64,000 nucleotides of DNA from an uncultured Actinomycetota bacterium (GCA_963698285.1 CAVOQF010000004.1:22876-86875); one strand, 5' to 3'; shown: positions 41,855 through 53,765, counted from the stretch's first letter. Notes: generated by a model from the sequence alone, not told the origin. Program-made: numbers and translations.

Positions 41855-43270
41855 TCAGCCCGGCCCGTCAAGGTACTCCCGCAGCCTGGCCCCGGCCGCG
41901 GGCGGCCGGAAGCCCAAGGCCGCCAGTTTGTCCAGAGCCAGGGTGCTGTTCGCCGGCCGCGGGGCCGCGGTTTTGCCGGCGAAATACTCTGCCGTGCTGA
42001 CGCCCCGCACTGCGGATGCGGGGTTTCCGCCCAGCTCGTAGACCTCCGCCGCGATGTCCGCCCAGGACTGTGGCGCGCCGTCGTTGCTGAGGTTGTAGGT
42101 GCCGTAGGGTGCGGCGGTGTCGAGCAGGTGCCGGATCCCGGCGGCGATGTCCTCGGTGAAGCCGAGCCGTCCGGTCTGGTCGTTGACGACCGAGGGCTCA
42201 ACGCCGCGCGCGGCAAGGGAGGCCATGGTGCGGACAAAGTTGTTGCCGTCGCCGATCACCCAGCTGGTCCGCACGATGTAGTGCCGGGGAACCACGCTGA
42301 CGACGGCGTCGGCGGCGGCCTTGGTCTGGCCGTAGACGCCCAGCGGCGAGAATGGTTCGTCCTCGGGGTGGACTTCGTTGCTGCCGTCGAAGACGTAGTC
42401 GGAGGAGACATGGACCAGGGTCAACCCGTGCTCGACGGCGGCGCGGGCCAGCCGGGCGACGGCGGTGACGTTGACCGCCCAGGCGGCCCTGCGGCCCTCG
42501 GGGGTTTCCGCGGCGTCCACGGCGGTGTAGGCGGCGGCGTTGATGATGGTGGAGTAGTTCTTCCAGTTCCGGGCTGCGAAGGCTTCCTCGCTGCCGAGAT
42601 CGAACTCTGCCCGGCCGGCGAACTCGACGGACGCGTCGCCGTCGTACAGTTTCCGCAGCGCCTTCCCCAGCTGGCCGCCGGCACCGAGGATCAGGGTCCT
42701 CTTCGGCCGCATCGGGACCACCTCCGCGAGGCGCGGGTGCCTCTTGTCCTTGTCCGAGAGCTCGGCCTGTGCCAGCGGCACCGGCCAGGCGATCGCGGCC
42801 GTCTCGTCGGCGAGGTTCAGGAACGTGTACTGGTCCTGGGCACCGGCGGACCAGTGGTCGTTGACCAGGTAGGTGTAGGCGGTGTTGTCCTCCAGCGTCT
42901 GGAAAGCGTTCCCCACCCCGCGGGGAATGAAGATGGCCCGGCCGGGATCCAGCTCCGCGGTGAACACCGTACCGAAGCTGGCACCCTCGCGCAGGTCAAC
43001 CCAGGCGCCGAAGATTTTGCCGGTGGCGACCGAGATGAACTTGTCCCACGGCTCGGCATGGATGCCGCGGGTAGTGCCGGCCTTTTCGTTGAACGAGATG
43101 TTGTTCTGCACCGGCCGGAAGTCCGGCAGGCCGAGCGCCACCATCTTTTCCCGCTGCCAGTTTTCCTTGAACCAGCCGCGGTTGTCACCGTGGACCGGAA
43201 GGTCATAAAGGACGACGCCGGGAATCGGGGTCTGGTGTGCCGTGAGCTGTTTCGAGAACTCGATAGGCAT
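41855..43270 (-). CDS. rmlCD: Fused dTDP-4-dehydrorhamnose 3,5-epimerase/reductase (RmlC-RmlD)
   Basis: N-terminal 'HGDNRGWFKE..RGIHAEPWDK'; C-terminal 'GAGGQLG', 'AAYTAVD', 'SSDYVFDG', 'YGQTK'. Confidence 0.93.
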   Translation of the reverse strand: MPIEFSKQLTAHQTPIPGVVLYDLPVHGDNRGWFKENWQREKMVALGLPDFRPVQNNISFNEKAGTTRGIHAEPWDKFISVATGKIFGAWVDLREGASFGTVFTAELDPGRAIFIPRGVGNAFQTLEDNTAYTYLVNDHWSAGAQDQYTFLNLADETAAIAWPVPLAQAELSDKDKRHPRLAEVVPMRPKRTLILGAGGQLGKALRKLYDGDASVEFAGRAEFDLGSEEAFAARNWKNYSTIINAAAYTAVDAAETPEGRRAAWAVNVTAVARLARAAVEHGLTLVHVSSDYVFDGSNEVHPEDEPFSPLGVYGQTKAAADAVVSVVPRHYIVRTSWVIGDGNNFVRTMASLAARGVEPSVVNDQTGRLGFTEDIAAGIRHLLDTAAPYGTYNLSNDGAPQSWADIAAEVYELGGNPASAVRGVSTAEYFAGKTAAPRPANSTLALDKLAALGFRPPAAGARLREYLDGPG

Positions 43271-43273
43271 GAC

Positions 43274-44311
<1,038 letters not shown>

Positions 44312-44325
44312 TCAATGATGTGCCA

Positions 44326-45189
44326 ATGCGGGGAATCATTTTGGCCGGGGGCACCGGTTCGCGCTTGCATCCGATTACGTTCGGGATCAGCAAACAACTG
44401 GTCCCGGTCTACGACAAGCCCATGATCTACTACCCGCTGTCCACGCTGATCCTGGCCGGCATCCGGGACATCCTGATTATCACCACACCCCAGGACGCCG
44501 GCCCGTTCGAACGGCTGCTCGGGGACGGCTCCCAGTTCGGGGTCTGCCTCAGCTACCGGCAGCAGCCCTCCCCGGACGGCCTGGCGCAGGCCTTCGTCCT
44601 TGGCGAGGAACACATCGGGGGCGATTCCGTTGCCCTGGTCCTGGGCGACAACATCTTCTACGGCCCGGGCATGGGAACCCAGCTGGCCCGCTACACGGCA
44701 GTGGACGGCGGTTCCGTGTTCGGCTACTGGGTCCAGAATCCGGGAGCGTACGGCGTGGTCGAGTTTGACGCGGCCGGGCGGGTGCTCACGCTCGAAGAAA
44801 AACCCGAATTTCCGAAAAGCAATTATGCGGTGCCCGGACTCTATTTCTACGACAACGACGTCGTCGAAATTGCCCGCGAGCTCAAACCCTCGGACCGCGG
44901 CGAGCTGGAAATCACCGACGTCAATAACACCTACCTGGGCCTGGACAAGCTACACATCGAAGTACTGCCCCGGGGCACGGCCTGGCTGGACACCGGGACC
45001 TTTGACGATCTCAACGACGCCTCGAATTTCGTTCGGACGGTCCAGAAGCGGCAGGGGCTGATCATCGGCGCGCCGGAGGAAATCTCGTGGCGCCAGGGTT
45101 TCCTCAGCGACGACGAGCTCCGCGCCCGGGCCGAACCCCTCGTCAAGAGCGGTTACGGGTCGTACCTGCTGGGACTGCTGGGGCCGTAG
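44326..45189 (+). CDS. rmlA: Glucose-1-phosphate thymidylyltransferase
   Basis: '[14 protein letters not shown]', '[10 protein letters not shown]', 'LGDNIF', 'RGELEITD', 'WLDTGT'. Confidence 0.97.
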   Translation: MRGIILAGGTGSRLHPITFGISKQLVPVYDKPMIYYPLSTLILAGIRDILIITTPQDAGPFERLLGDGSQFGVCLSYRQQPSPDGLAQAFVLGEEHIGGDSVALVLGDNIFYGPGMGTQLARYTAVDGGSVFGYWVQNPGAYGVVEFDAAGRVLTLEEKPEFPKSNYAVPGLYFYDNDVVEIARELKPSDRGELEITDVNNTYLGLDKLHIEVLPRGTAWLDTGTFDDLNDASNFVRTVQKRQGLIIGAPEEISWRQGFLSDDELRARAEPLVKSGYGSYLLGLLGP

Positions 45190-45257
45190 CCGGGAAGCGC
45201 CGGGCAGCGCCGCTCCGGCGTCCGGGAGGGCCACTTCCGCCGGGATAGGCTGGAGGG

Positions 45258-45761
45258 ATGCAGCAGCTCCGCCCGTCCGGTTTCCTTCGTCCGCTTCGTC
45301 TTCTGGCTACAGCAGCCGCTGCCGGGCTCGTGCTCAGCGCCTGCTCCCCCACCGTCGACGTCGCCCCCGCCAAGGATGCGGCAAACGCCGCCTGCGCGCC
45401 CATGATGGTCGCGCTGCCGGACACCATCGGCGAGGCGAAACTGCGCAAGACCAACAGCCAGGCGACTGCGGCGTGGGGAGACCCGTCCCTTGTGGTGCTG
45501 CGCTGCGGCGTCAACGTCCCCGGCCCCACCACCGACCGCTGCGTGAGCGTGAACGGCGTCGACTGGGTGATGAAGGAGGGTAATCCGGTGTGGACGCTGA
45601 CGACGTTCGGCCGCGAGCCCGCCACGGAGATCCTGATGGATCCGGACAAAATCAGCTCGGCGACGGTCCTGGCCGAACTCGCCAACGCCGCGGGAAAGGT
45701 GAAGGCCTCGAGGAACTGCGTGGGCCAGGCGGACCTGCAGAACCTGCCCACCGGCAAGTAG
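45258..45761 (+). CDS. DUF3515-type lipoprotein
   Basis: Lipobox 'LSAC', 'AAWGDP..VVLRCGV..CVSVNGVDW'; next to ddl/thiL as usual. Confidence 0.8.
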   Translation: MQQLRPSGFLRPLRLLATAAAAGLVLSACSPTVDVAPAKDAANAACAPMMVALPDTIGEAKLRKTNSQATAAWGDPSLVVLRCGVNVPGPTTDRCVSVNGVDWVMKEGNPVWTLTTFGREPATEILMDPDKISSATVLAELANAAGKVKASRNCVGQADLQNLPTGK

Positions 45762-45778
45762 CGACTGCCGGGCCTGGA

Positions 45779-46925
45779 CTACGCGCAGGCCGGTCTTGCG
45801 GTGCAGCGCCAGGTGGATCAGCTCGTCGATCAGTTCCGCGTAGCCCAGCCCGGAGGCCTTCCACATCTGCGGGTACATGCTCTTGGGCGTGAAGCCGGGC
45901 ATGGTGTTGATCTCGTTGATGATCAGTTCGCCCTCGGCCGTGTAGAAGAAGTCCACCCGGCTCAGGCCTTCGGCGCCCACGGCGTCGAACGCGACCGCGG
46001 CCAGTTCGCGGACCCGGGCGATGGCCTCTTCGGGGAGGTCGGCCGGGCAGCTGAGCGCGGCGGCGTCGTCCTCGACGTACTTGGCGTTGAAGTCGTAGAA
46101 GTCGTGGCCGCCGCCGGCCACGGAGATCTCGCCCGGCATCGACGTCCGCGGGGCGTCCGTGCCGCGGCCCTCCAGCACCGCGCACTCGATCTCCCGGCCC
46201 ACGATGCCGGCCTCGATCACCAGCTTGGGATCGTGTTCCCGGGCGGCGGCGATTGCGGCGTCCAGTTCCTCAAGCGACTCCACCTTGGAGATCCCCATCG
46301 AGGAGCCGGCCCGCGCGGGCTTGACGAAGACCGGGAAGCCGAGAGCGTCCACGCGCTTGCGCACCAGTTCGGGGTCGGTGAGCCACTGCCGGTCCGTCAC
46401 CGCGATGTAGGGGCCCACGCGCAGCCCGGCGGACTCGAAGACCACCTTCATGTAGTGCTTGTCCATGCCGACGGCGGAGGCCAGGACACCGGCTCCAACG
46501 TAGCGGGTGTCGGACAGCTCCAGCAGGCCCTGGATGGTGCCGTCCTCGCCGAAGGGGCCGTGCAGGAGCGGGAAGACCACGTCCACGGAGCCGAGTTCCT
46601 GCGGGACCTGGTTGGGCGCGGCCACGATCAGCTGGTGCTCCCCGCCGATCTCTGCCAGCGTGACGGTCTGCTCCGACGGCGCAACTTCCGGCAGCGAGGA
46701 GGCGGACAGCGACCATTCCCGGGTGTCACCGGAGGCGAGCACCCACTGTCCGGTCTTGGCGATCCCGATCGGGATCACCTCGTACTTCGCCTGGTCAATG
46801 GCGCCGAGGACCCCGGCCGCCGTGACGCAGCTGACCGCGTGCTCGCTGGAGCGGCCGCCGAAGAGCACCGCGACCCGGGGCCTGCGGCCAGGCTGCGCCT
46901 CTGGAGTCATGTTCTTTTCCGACAC
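45779..46925 (-). CDS. ddl: D-alanine-D-alanine ligase (extra base just before the stop)
   Basis: 'GGRSSEH', 'LHGPFGEDG', 'KPARAGSSMG', 'NEINTMPGFT'. Confidence 0.97.
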
Positions 46926-46927
46926 TG

Positions 46928-47989
46928 TTAGTAATCGCCTTCGGATTTCAGGTCCCGGGACAGCAGCAGCGGTCCCAGTTGGTCTATGGACAGTTTTCCG
47001 GCCAGCACCGCGACGACGGCGGCGGTGATGGGCATCTCCACGCCCAGCTTGCCGGCCAGTTCATGCACGGCCTGCGCCGATTTGATGCCTTCGGCGGTCT
47101 GGGTCATTTCTGCGGTGACCTGTTCCAGGCTCAGGCCGGTGCCGAGCAGCCGGCCGGCGGTGTGGTTCCGTGACAGCGCCGAGGAACAGGTGGCGACGAG
47201 GTCGCCCAGGCCCGCCAGTCCGGCCATGGTCCGGGCTTCGCCGCCGAGGGCGAGCGTCAGCCGCGAAGTCTCGGCGAGGCCCCTGGTAATCACGGATGCC
47301 TTGGTGTTGTCGCCCATCTGCTGGCCTTCGCAGATGCCCACGGCGAGGGCGATGATGTTCTTGACGATGCCGCCGATTTCGACGCCGACCACGTCCGCCG
47401 TCGTATACGGCCGGAAGTAGGGGGCCGTGCAGCTGCGGGCCATCCAGCCGGCCGCCGCGGCGTCGGAGCAGGCGACGACCGAGGCGGTGGGCTCCTCGCG
47501 GGCGATCTCCATGGCCAGGTTGGGACCGGACACGACGGCAACGCGGTCGGCGGGAAGGGCCAGTTCCTCGCGGATTACTTCGCTCATCCGGGCGTCGGAG
47601 TGCAGTTCCAGGCCCTTCATCAGGGACACGACGAGCGTTCCGGGGCCGATCAGGTGCTTCCACTCGCGCAGCTGGGGGCGCAAGGTCTGCGCGGGGACGG
47701 CAAGGACCACGAGGTCGGCGCCGTCTAGGACCTCGGCGACGTCGGTGGAAGCGGTGATGCTGGCCGGCAGCGCGATGCCTTTGAGGTACTGCTCGTTGCG
47801 GTGTTCGGCGTTGATCTGGTCCACCACGGCCGCGCGGCGGCCCCAGAGGCGGATGCTGCGTTCGACGCCGGACGCAGCGGCCGCGTCCGCGAGGATCTTG
47901 GCGAAGGTGGTCCCCCAGGAGCCGGCACCGAGCACGGCGACGCGCGTGGCCGAGCCTGCGTAATCCGTACCGTGGGGCTCAGCCGTCAC
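46928..47989 (-). CDS. gpsA: NAD(P)H-dependent glycerol-3-phosphate dehydrogenase
   Basis: 'GAGSWGT', 'SGPNLA', 'GLGDLVATCSS..SRN'; GTG overlaps the plsC stop. Confidence 0.96.
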   Translation of the reverse strand: MTAEPHGTDYAGSATRVAVLGAGSWGTTFAKILADAAAASGVERSIRLWGRRAAVVDQINAEHRNEQYLKGIALPASITASTDVAEVLDGADLVVLAVPAQTLRPQLREWKHLIGPGTLVVSLMKGLELHSDARMSEVIREELALPADRVAVVSGPNLAMEIAREEPTASVVACSDAAAAGWMARSCTAPYFRPYTTADVVGVEIGGIVKNIIALAVGICEGQQMGDNTKASVITRGLAETSRLTLALGGEARTMAGLAGLGDLVATCSSALSRNHTAGRLLGTGLSLEQVTAEMTQTAEGIKSAQAVHELAGKLGVEMPITAAVVAVLAGKLSIDQLGPLLLSRDLKSEGDY

Positions 47990-48792
47990 AGGGCACCGTC
48001 CGGGGCGGCGCCGCTGTCCGGAACACTGCCCTCCGGGGCGCTGCCGGGCTTCCCTCCGCGCTCGATGTAACGCCCGTGGGTGGACTGGTTGTGCGCCGAC
48101 GGATCCCAACGCACCAGCGGCGCCTGTCCGCCGCGCAGGCTGGCCAGCAGCTCGGTGATGGCGTCCATGATGACATCCGTCGCCTCGGTCAGCGTCGCCT
48201 TGTCCAGCGGCCGGCCGGCGAAGGCGCTCAGGTCCACCGGGTCGCCCACGAGCACCCGCGAGGTCTTCCGCGGGAAGATATGGAACCGCTTGGCGTAGCG
48301 CGGAAAGACCTCGTGTGCCCCCCAGTGGGCCATCGGAACGACCTGGATACCGCTCTCCAGCGCCATCCTCGCCGCGCCCGTGTGACCCTTCATCGGCCAC
48401 AGCTCAGGGTCGCGGGTCAGCGTTCCCTCGGGATAGATGATGATGGCGCCGCCTTCGTCCACGACTTCCTTGGCGACCTGCAGCGAGTGGTTGGCGCCCG
48501 CCGTCGAGCGTTCCACCGGGACCTGCTTGGTGTTGCGCAGCACGGAGCCGAGCACGGGGACCTTGAAGAGGCTGCCCTTGGCGAGGAAGTGCGGCATCCG
48601 CTTCTGGTTGTAGAGCATGTGCCCGAATACCAGCGGATCGATCTCGGTGCAGTGGTTGGGCGCAGCAATAAACCCGCCGGCGGGGAGCTTCTCCAGCCCC
48701 TCCCACTTCTTGTTCATCAGCAGGTTCATGACCGGCCGGACGATGCCGGCCACAATGACAAAGGTGATGTGGCTCTTGGCCGTTTCCTTCAC
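47986..48792 (-). CDS. Lysophospholipid acyltransferase (PlsC-like)
   Basis: 'NHCTEID' (HxxxxD), 'FLAK', 'YPEGT'. Confidence 0.92.
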   Translation of the reverse strand: MKETAKSHITFVIVAGIVRPVMNLLMNKKWEGLEKLPAGGFIAAPNHCTEIDPLVFGHMLYNQKRMPHFLAKGSLFKVPVLGSVLRNTKQVPVERSTAGANHSLQVAKEVVDEGGAIIIYPEGTLTRDPELWPMKGHTGAARMALESGIQVVPMAHWGAHEVFPRYAKRFHIFPRKTSRVLVGDPVDLSAFAGRPLDKATLTEATDVIMDAITELLASLRGGQAPLVRWDPSAHNQSTHGRYIERGGKPGSAPEGSVPDSGAAPDGAL

Positions 48793-48801
48793 GTTGTCCC
48801 T

Positions 48802-50127
48802 CTACCGGGCCGAGGTGATGTCGAAATCGGCGCCCAGGCCGGCGAGCTTCTCGGTGAAGCGCTCGTAGCCGCGGTTGATGATATCGATGCCGGTGACCCG
48901 GGACGTACCCGTGGCGGCAAGGGCGGCGATGAGGTGGCTGAAGCCGCCGCGGAGGTCCGGCACGTCAATGTCGGTGCCCTTGAGCTGGGTCGGGCCGGAG
49001 ATGACGGCCGAGTGCAGGAAGTTCCGCTGGCCGAAGCGGCACGGGACGCTGCCGAGGCATTCGCGGTGGACCTGGATGTTGGCGCCCATCCTGACCAGGG
49101 CGTCGGTGAAGCCGAAGCGGTTTTCGTAGACCGTTTCGTGCACGATCGAGACGCCCTCGGCCTGGGTCAGGGCCACGATGAGCGGCTGCTGCCAGTCGGT
49201 CATGAACCCGGGGTGCACATCGGTTTCAAGGACCAGCGGGCTGAGCTTGCCGCCGGGGTGGTAGAAGCGGATGCCGTCGTCGCCGATGTCCATGCCGCCA
49301 CCGACCTTGCGGTAGGTGTTCAGGAACGTCATCATGTCGCGCTGGGTGGCACCCTCGACGAAGATGTCGCCGCGGGTCACCAGGGCGGCGGAGGCCCAGG
49401 AGGCGGATTCGTTGCGGTCGGACAGTGCCCGGTGGTTGTAGCCGCCCAGGTCCTGGACGCCCTCGATCCGGATGGTGCGGTCGGTCTGGACGCTGATGAT
49501 GGCGCCCATCTTCTGCAGCACGGCGATGAGGTCGACGATCTCAGGCTCGGTGGCCGCGCCGGACAGTTCAGTGATGCCCTCGGCGCGGGTGGCGCTGAGC
49601 AGGACCTGCTCGGTTGCCCCGACCGACGGGTAGGGCAGCGCGATTTTGGCGCCCTTGAGACCGTTGGGCGCGGAGATGTGGATGCCGCCCGGGCGCTTTT
49701 CCACGACGGCGCCGAACTGGCGCAGCACGTTCAGGTGGTAGTCGATCGGGCGGTCGCCGATCTTGCAGCCGCCAAGGTCCGGGATGAAGGCCTCGCCGAT
49801 GGCGTGGATCAAGGGTCCGCACAGCAGGATCGGGATGCGGGAGTCGCCGGCGTGCGCGTCAATGGCGGTGTGCGACGCCGTCTTGGCGTTGGTCGGGTCC
49901 AGCGTGAGGTCCCCGGTGACCGGGTCCTTGTCCACCGTGACGCCGTGGAGCTGGAGCAGGCTGGTGACAACCTCAACGTCCTTGATCTCGGGAACGTTGC
50001 GCAACACGGACGGCTCGTTGCCCAGCAGGGCAGCAACCATCGCCTTGGGGACAAGATTCTTGGCCCCGCGGACGGTGACGCGGCCGGTCAGCGGGACGCC
50101 TCCGCGGATTGTCAGAACACTACTCAT
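48802..50127 (-). CDS. murA: UDP-N-acetylglucosamine 1-carboxyvinyltransferase
   Basis: 'GAKN', 'GGCKIGDRPID', 'SVGATE', 'PGFMTD', 'DLRGG', 'RGYE'. Confidence 0.97.
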   Translation of the reverse strand: MSSVLTIRGGVPLTGRVTVRGAKNLVPKAMVAALLGNEPSVLRNVPEIKDVEVVTSLLQLHGVTVDKDPVTGDLTLDPTNAKTASHTAIDAHAGDSRIPILLCGPLIHAIGEAFIPDLGGCKIGDRPIDYHLNVLRQFGAVVEKRPGGIHISAPNGLKGAKIALPYPSVGATEQVLLSATRAEGITELSGAATEPEIVDLIAVLQKMGAIISVQTDRTIRIEGVQDLGGYNHRALSDRNESASWASAALVTRGDIFVEGATQRDMMTFLNTYRKVGGGMDIGDDGIRFYHPGGKLSPLVLETDVHPGFMTDWQQPLIVALTQAEGVSIVHETVYENRFGFTDALVRMGANIQVHRECLGSVPCRFGQRNFLHSAVISGPTQLKGTDIDVPDLRGGFSHLIAALAATGTSRVTGIDIINRGYERFTEKLAGLGADFDITSAR

Positions 50128-50359
50128 TTACCAGTTTCCTCACGACTACTCGCCCCCAAATCCTTACAAAGGCTCCAGCTAAGCATAGGAGCTTGCGTTA
50201 CCGATCCGAAATACGGCGCGGTGCGCGGCGTCGTGAATCGGCCGTTCCGCTCCCCCATTGCGGTCCTGGGGGCGATGGCTTGGCGGAGCCCCACGCCCGC
50301 CTGCTTGGACGGGTAGTATCCGTCGGCGTAGCGCAATGGACCGGGGCAGTCCCTGCCGC

Positions 50360-50620
50360 TTAGTTCGCTGTCGTGCCGCCGTTCAGCCTCGCCACCGCCG
50401 TCGACAACGCGGTGGCGAAGGCGCACCACGCGGCATAAGGGGCAAGTGCCAACCCGGCACGGTGGTTGAGGTTGTAAGTCCGCCGCACCAGATCGGCGCT
50501 GCTCGCAGTCAGGACGGCGCATTCGGCCGCGGCCAGCCACGGCCGGCGGGCGCGCCAGAAAAGCCAGCTCCAAGTGGCGTTGAGCAGGAGGTTTGCCGCG
50601 AAGGCACGCTGCCGGTGGGT
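50360..50620 (-). pseudogene. tspO: TspO/MBR protein, C-terminal half only
   Basis: 'NLLLNATWSWLFW..LAPYAAWCAFATAL..RLN' present; I find no N-terminal 'WY..L.KP.W.PP..VW' motif upstream. Confidence 0.75.
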
Positions 50621-50757
50621 CGCCCCTCCGGGGCTACGGCTCCCCATGGAGTCGTTTGTAGTGTCCGGCTTCTCCTGGGGAAGGGTTGCCGGCAGACGCT
50701 GGCAGCCCCGTTGGGGTCCCGAAGGGCGTTGTCGCTCGACTTCGCGAGTTCCTAAAA

Positions 50758-51150
50758 AATGTCGCAGGTCCGCAGTTGAATTGATCCATGGGAATCAGCG
50801 CAGCTCTCATCGCTCGTCCGGCCGTTTGGCCGGGCAGTACTGGGGGCCGGTTGTCCATGGCCCGGGCCGTGCCACCATCGCCCGAAGAGGGCGTCGGCGG
50901 GTCTGCAGCGGCCATTAATGTCGCAGGTCTTTGGTTGGATTGATCCATGGGAATCAGCGCAGCTCTCATCGCTCGTCCGGCCGTTTGGCCGGGCAGTACT
51001 GGGGGCCGGTTGTCCATGGCCCGGGCCGTGCCACCATCGCTCAAAGAGGGCGCCGGCGGGTCTGCAGCGGCTAATAATGTCACAGGTCTTTGGTTGGATT
51101 GAGTCATGGGAACCAGCGCAGCGGTCACCTTAGCCCCGGCCAGTCGGCCG
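50758..51150 (+). repeat. 159-bp tandem repeat (2 full copies plus a diverged third running into the HNH gene)
   Basis: aatgtc(g/a)caggtc recurs at 50758, 50917 and 51076; ATGGGAA(T/C)CAGCGCAGC at 50788, 50947 and 51106. Confidence 0.93.
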
Positions 51151-52619
51151 GGTGATGATGGCCGCGGCCAGGGCGCTTCGGTTCCGTCGCTGGGGAGCGT
51201 TCTTGGGCTGTTGCGCGAGATAAGCGCGACGGCGGCCGCGGACGCGGCGTTGCTCGGGCCCGGGGAGGCGGCGGAGTTCGCCGGCCAGGTCGAGGAACTC
51301 TCCCGGGCCGCGGAATACCTCCAGATCGTTGCCGCCGGGGCCGTGGACCGGACCCGCCGGGAGGCCGCGAACGATGGCTCCCCGATGGTTGATGACGGTT
51401 ACCGCAAGACCGGGGAGTTCCTGCGGGACCGGTTGCAGATCAGCGCCGGCGAAGCCCAGCGCCGGCTCTCCCTGGCCGGGGAGGTGCTGCCGCGGACCGG
51501 GATCACCGGCCAGCCGCTGCCGCCGCTGCGCGAGGAACTCGCCGCGGCCGTGGCCGCCGGGACGGTCCCGTCGAAGTCGGCGACCATCGTCACCCTGGCG
51601 TTGGGCCGGGTCCGGCCGCTGTGCGACGCGGAGACCATGGCCCGGGTGGAACACGAGCTGACCCGCACCGCGGCCGAGCACGACCCGGACTTCCTGGCCC
51701 GGGTCGCGCGGCGCTGGATGGACGGACTCGACCAGGACGGCGCCGAACCCTCCGAAGAGGTCCTGCGCCAGTTACAGGGCGCCTTCATCCGCAAACCCAA
51801 GCACGGGCTGCAGCACCTGGAAATCTTCGCCACCGCCGAACAGTTCGAACACCTGGTGACCGTGATGAACACCGGCACCAACCCCCGCACCCCGGCCGGC
51901 GCAGGCGACGACGCCGGCGGTGCGGGCACCGGCGGACGGGACGGACGGCGTCAGGCGGCGACGGACGGTTTCGTGCCGAACCAGCTGGACCGGCGGTCCC
52001 GGCCGCAGAAACAACTCGACGGACTCGTCGGCGGCTGCAAAGTCGCCACTCGCCTCCGGCGGGCTGCCCGCAACCGGCGGATTCCGGCCCCAGATCATGG
52101 TCACCATCGACTACCGCGACCTCCTCGAACGCCTCACCCGGCTGACAGACACCGGGGACGGCCGCCCAGAACCCCGGCGCCGGGCCCGCTCGGTTCACCG
52201 GCACCGGAACCCTGGCCTTCACCGGCCCCATCACCGCCTCAACCATCCGCAAAATCGCCTGCGACGCCGACATCATCCCCGTCCTGCTCGGATCCCAGGG
52301 CCGGATCCTGGACATCGGCCGAACCAGCCGGATCTTCCCGCCCCACATCCGCAAAGCCATCACCGCCCGAGACCAGGGCTGCGCCTTCCCCGACTGCACC
52401 ATCCCCGCCCCCTGGTGCGAAGCCCACCACATCACCTACTGGTCCCGCGGCGGCACCACATCCACCGACAACGGAACACTCCTCTGTTCACACCATCACC
52501 ACCTGATCCACAAAGAACAATGGACCATCCAGCCCCGCGACGGCATCCCCTGGTTCATCCCGCCACCCCACCTCGACCCACACCAAACACCCCGACGAAA
52601 CCACTACTTCAGATCGTGA
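51106..52619 (+). CDS. DUF222-domain HNH endonuclease (13E12 repeat family), frameshifted ~52050 and ~52190
   Basis: Manual C-terminal translation 'ACDADIIPV..RDQGCAFPDC..WCEAHHITYWSRGGTTSTDNGTLLCSHHHHLIH..PWFIPP..RRNHYF'. Confidence 0.9.
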
Positions 52620-52718
52620 ATCCCCGACGCGACGATTCAGACGCGCACGTAAGAGGCGAGGGCCCCCGGAATGAGCGAGAGCGGTCCAAAGCTACGTCTC
52701 CTGGACTATCGTGGGGAC

Positions 52719-53093
52719 ATGCCAAGCCAGCTAGCTACCATTGCCATCGATGCCGTCCGACCACGGGTGGTGGCCGACTTCTGGTGCGCCGTCCTAGGAT
52801 GGGACGTCGTCGAAGAGGACAGCGACGTCATCAGCATCGCGCCGCAGGACAGATCCCGGCCGTCCATCGATGTGATCGCGGTGCCCGAGGGCAAGACGGT
52901 CAAGAACCGGCTGCATTTCGATCTCCGGGCCGACGGCGTATCCACGGCCGAGGAGCTCGAGCGCCTGCTCGCCCTCGGGGCGCGGCGCACAGACGTGGGC
53001 CAGGGCCCGGACGTGAGTTGGGTGGTACTGGCTGATCCCGAGGGCAACGAGTTCTGCCTGTTGTCCCGATCCGTTCAGGACGTCCAGGAGTAG
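52719..53093 (+). CDS. VOC/glyoxalase-like protein
   Basis: 'VADFWCAVLGW', 'KNRLHFDL', 'VLADPEGNEFC'. Confidence 0.9.
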   Translation: MPSQLATIAIDAVRPRVVADFWCAVLGWDVVEEDSDVISIAPQDRSRPSIDVIAVPEGKTVKNRLHFDLRADGVSTAEELERLLALGARRTDVGQGPDVSWVVLADPEGNEFCLLSRSVQDVQE

Positions 53094-53102
53094 CAACAAC
53101 AG

Positions 53103-53145
53103 AAAGTGCCGCCGTCGAGTCTTCCAACTCAACGGCGGCACTTTT
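53103..53145. terminator. Bidirectional intrinsic terminator (VOC gene / leuD)
   Basis: aaagtgccgccgt..acggcggcactttt. Confidence 0.75.
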
Positions 53146-53162
53146 GTAGCTAGAGGCGACCC

Positions 53163-53765
53163 CTAGGACAGCTTGGCCGGCAGCGTCGTGGGCTTGAAGG
53201 CGGGCCTGGTGGCCTCGTACGCGGTGATGTCTTCCTCGTGCTGGAGGGTCAGGCCGATGTCGTCCAGGCCCTCCAGCAGGCGCCAGCGGGTGTAGTCGTC
53301 GATCTCGAACGGCGCGACCACGTTGCCGCACTCGACCGTCTTGGAAACGAGGTCCACCTTGACCTCGGTGCCCGGGGCGTTTTCCAGCACCTTCCAGATG
53401 AGCTCGATGTCGTCCTGGGCCAGCTCGGCCGCCAGCAGGCCCTGCTTGCCGGAGTTGCCCCGGAAGATGTCCGCGAAGCGCGAGGACAGCACGGCCTTGA
53501 AGCCGTAGTCCTTCAGCGCCCAGACGGCGTGCTCGCGGGACGATCCGGTGCCGAAGTCCGGTCCGGCGACCAGCACGGAGCCTGCGCTGAACGGGTCCTG
53601 GTTCAGGATGAAGGCCGGGTCCTTGCGCCAGGCCGAGAAGAGCGCGTCCTCGAACCCGGTCCGGGTGATGCGCTTGAGGTAGACGGCGGGGATGATCTGG
53701 TCGGTGTCGACGTTGCTCTGGCGCAGCGGGACACCGATGCCGGTGTGGGTGGTGAACTTTTCCAT
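53163..53765 (-). CDS. leuD: 3-isopropylmalate dehydratase small subunit
   Basis: '[10 protein letters not shown]', '[10 protein letters not shown]', 'FADIF', 'GLDDIGLT'. Confidence 0.97.
   Translation of the reverse strand: MEKFTTHTGIGVPLRQSNVDTDQIIPAVYLKRITRTGFEDALFSAWRKDPAFILNQDPFSAGSVLVAGPDFGTGSSREHAVWALKDYGFKAVLSSRFADIFRGNSGKQGLLAAELAQDDIELIWKVLENAPGTEVKVDLVSKTVECGNVVAPFEIDDYTRWRLLEGLDDIGLTLQHEEDITAYEATRPAFKPTTLPAKLS

Noticed and set aside
50255-50339. 8-bp inverted repeat (ccattgcg/cgcaatgg) enclosing small hairpins upstream of murA
   Set aside because: Too short to be significant in GC-rich DNA; no target duplication or known RNA motif
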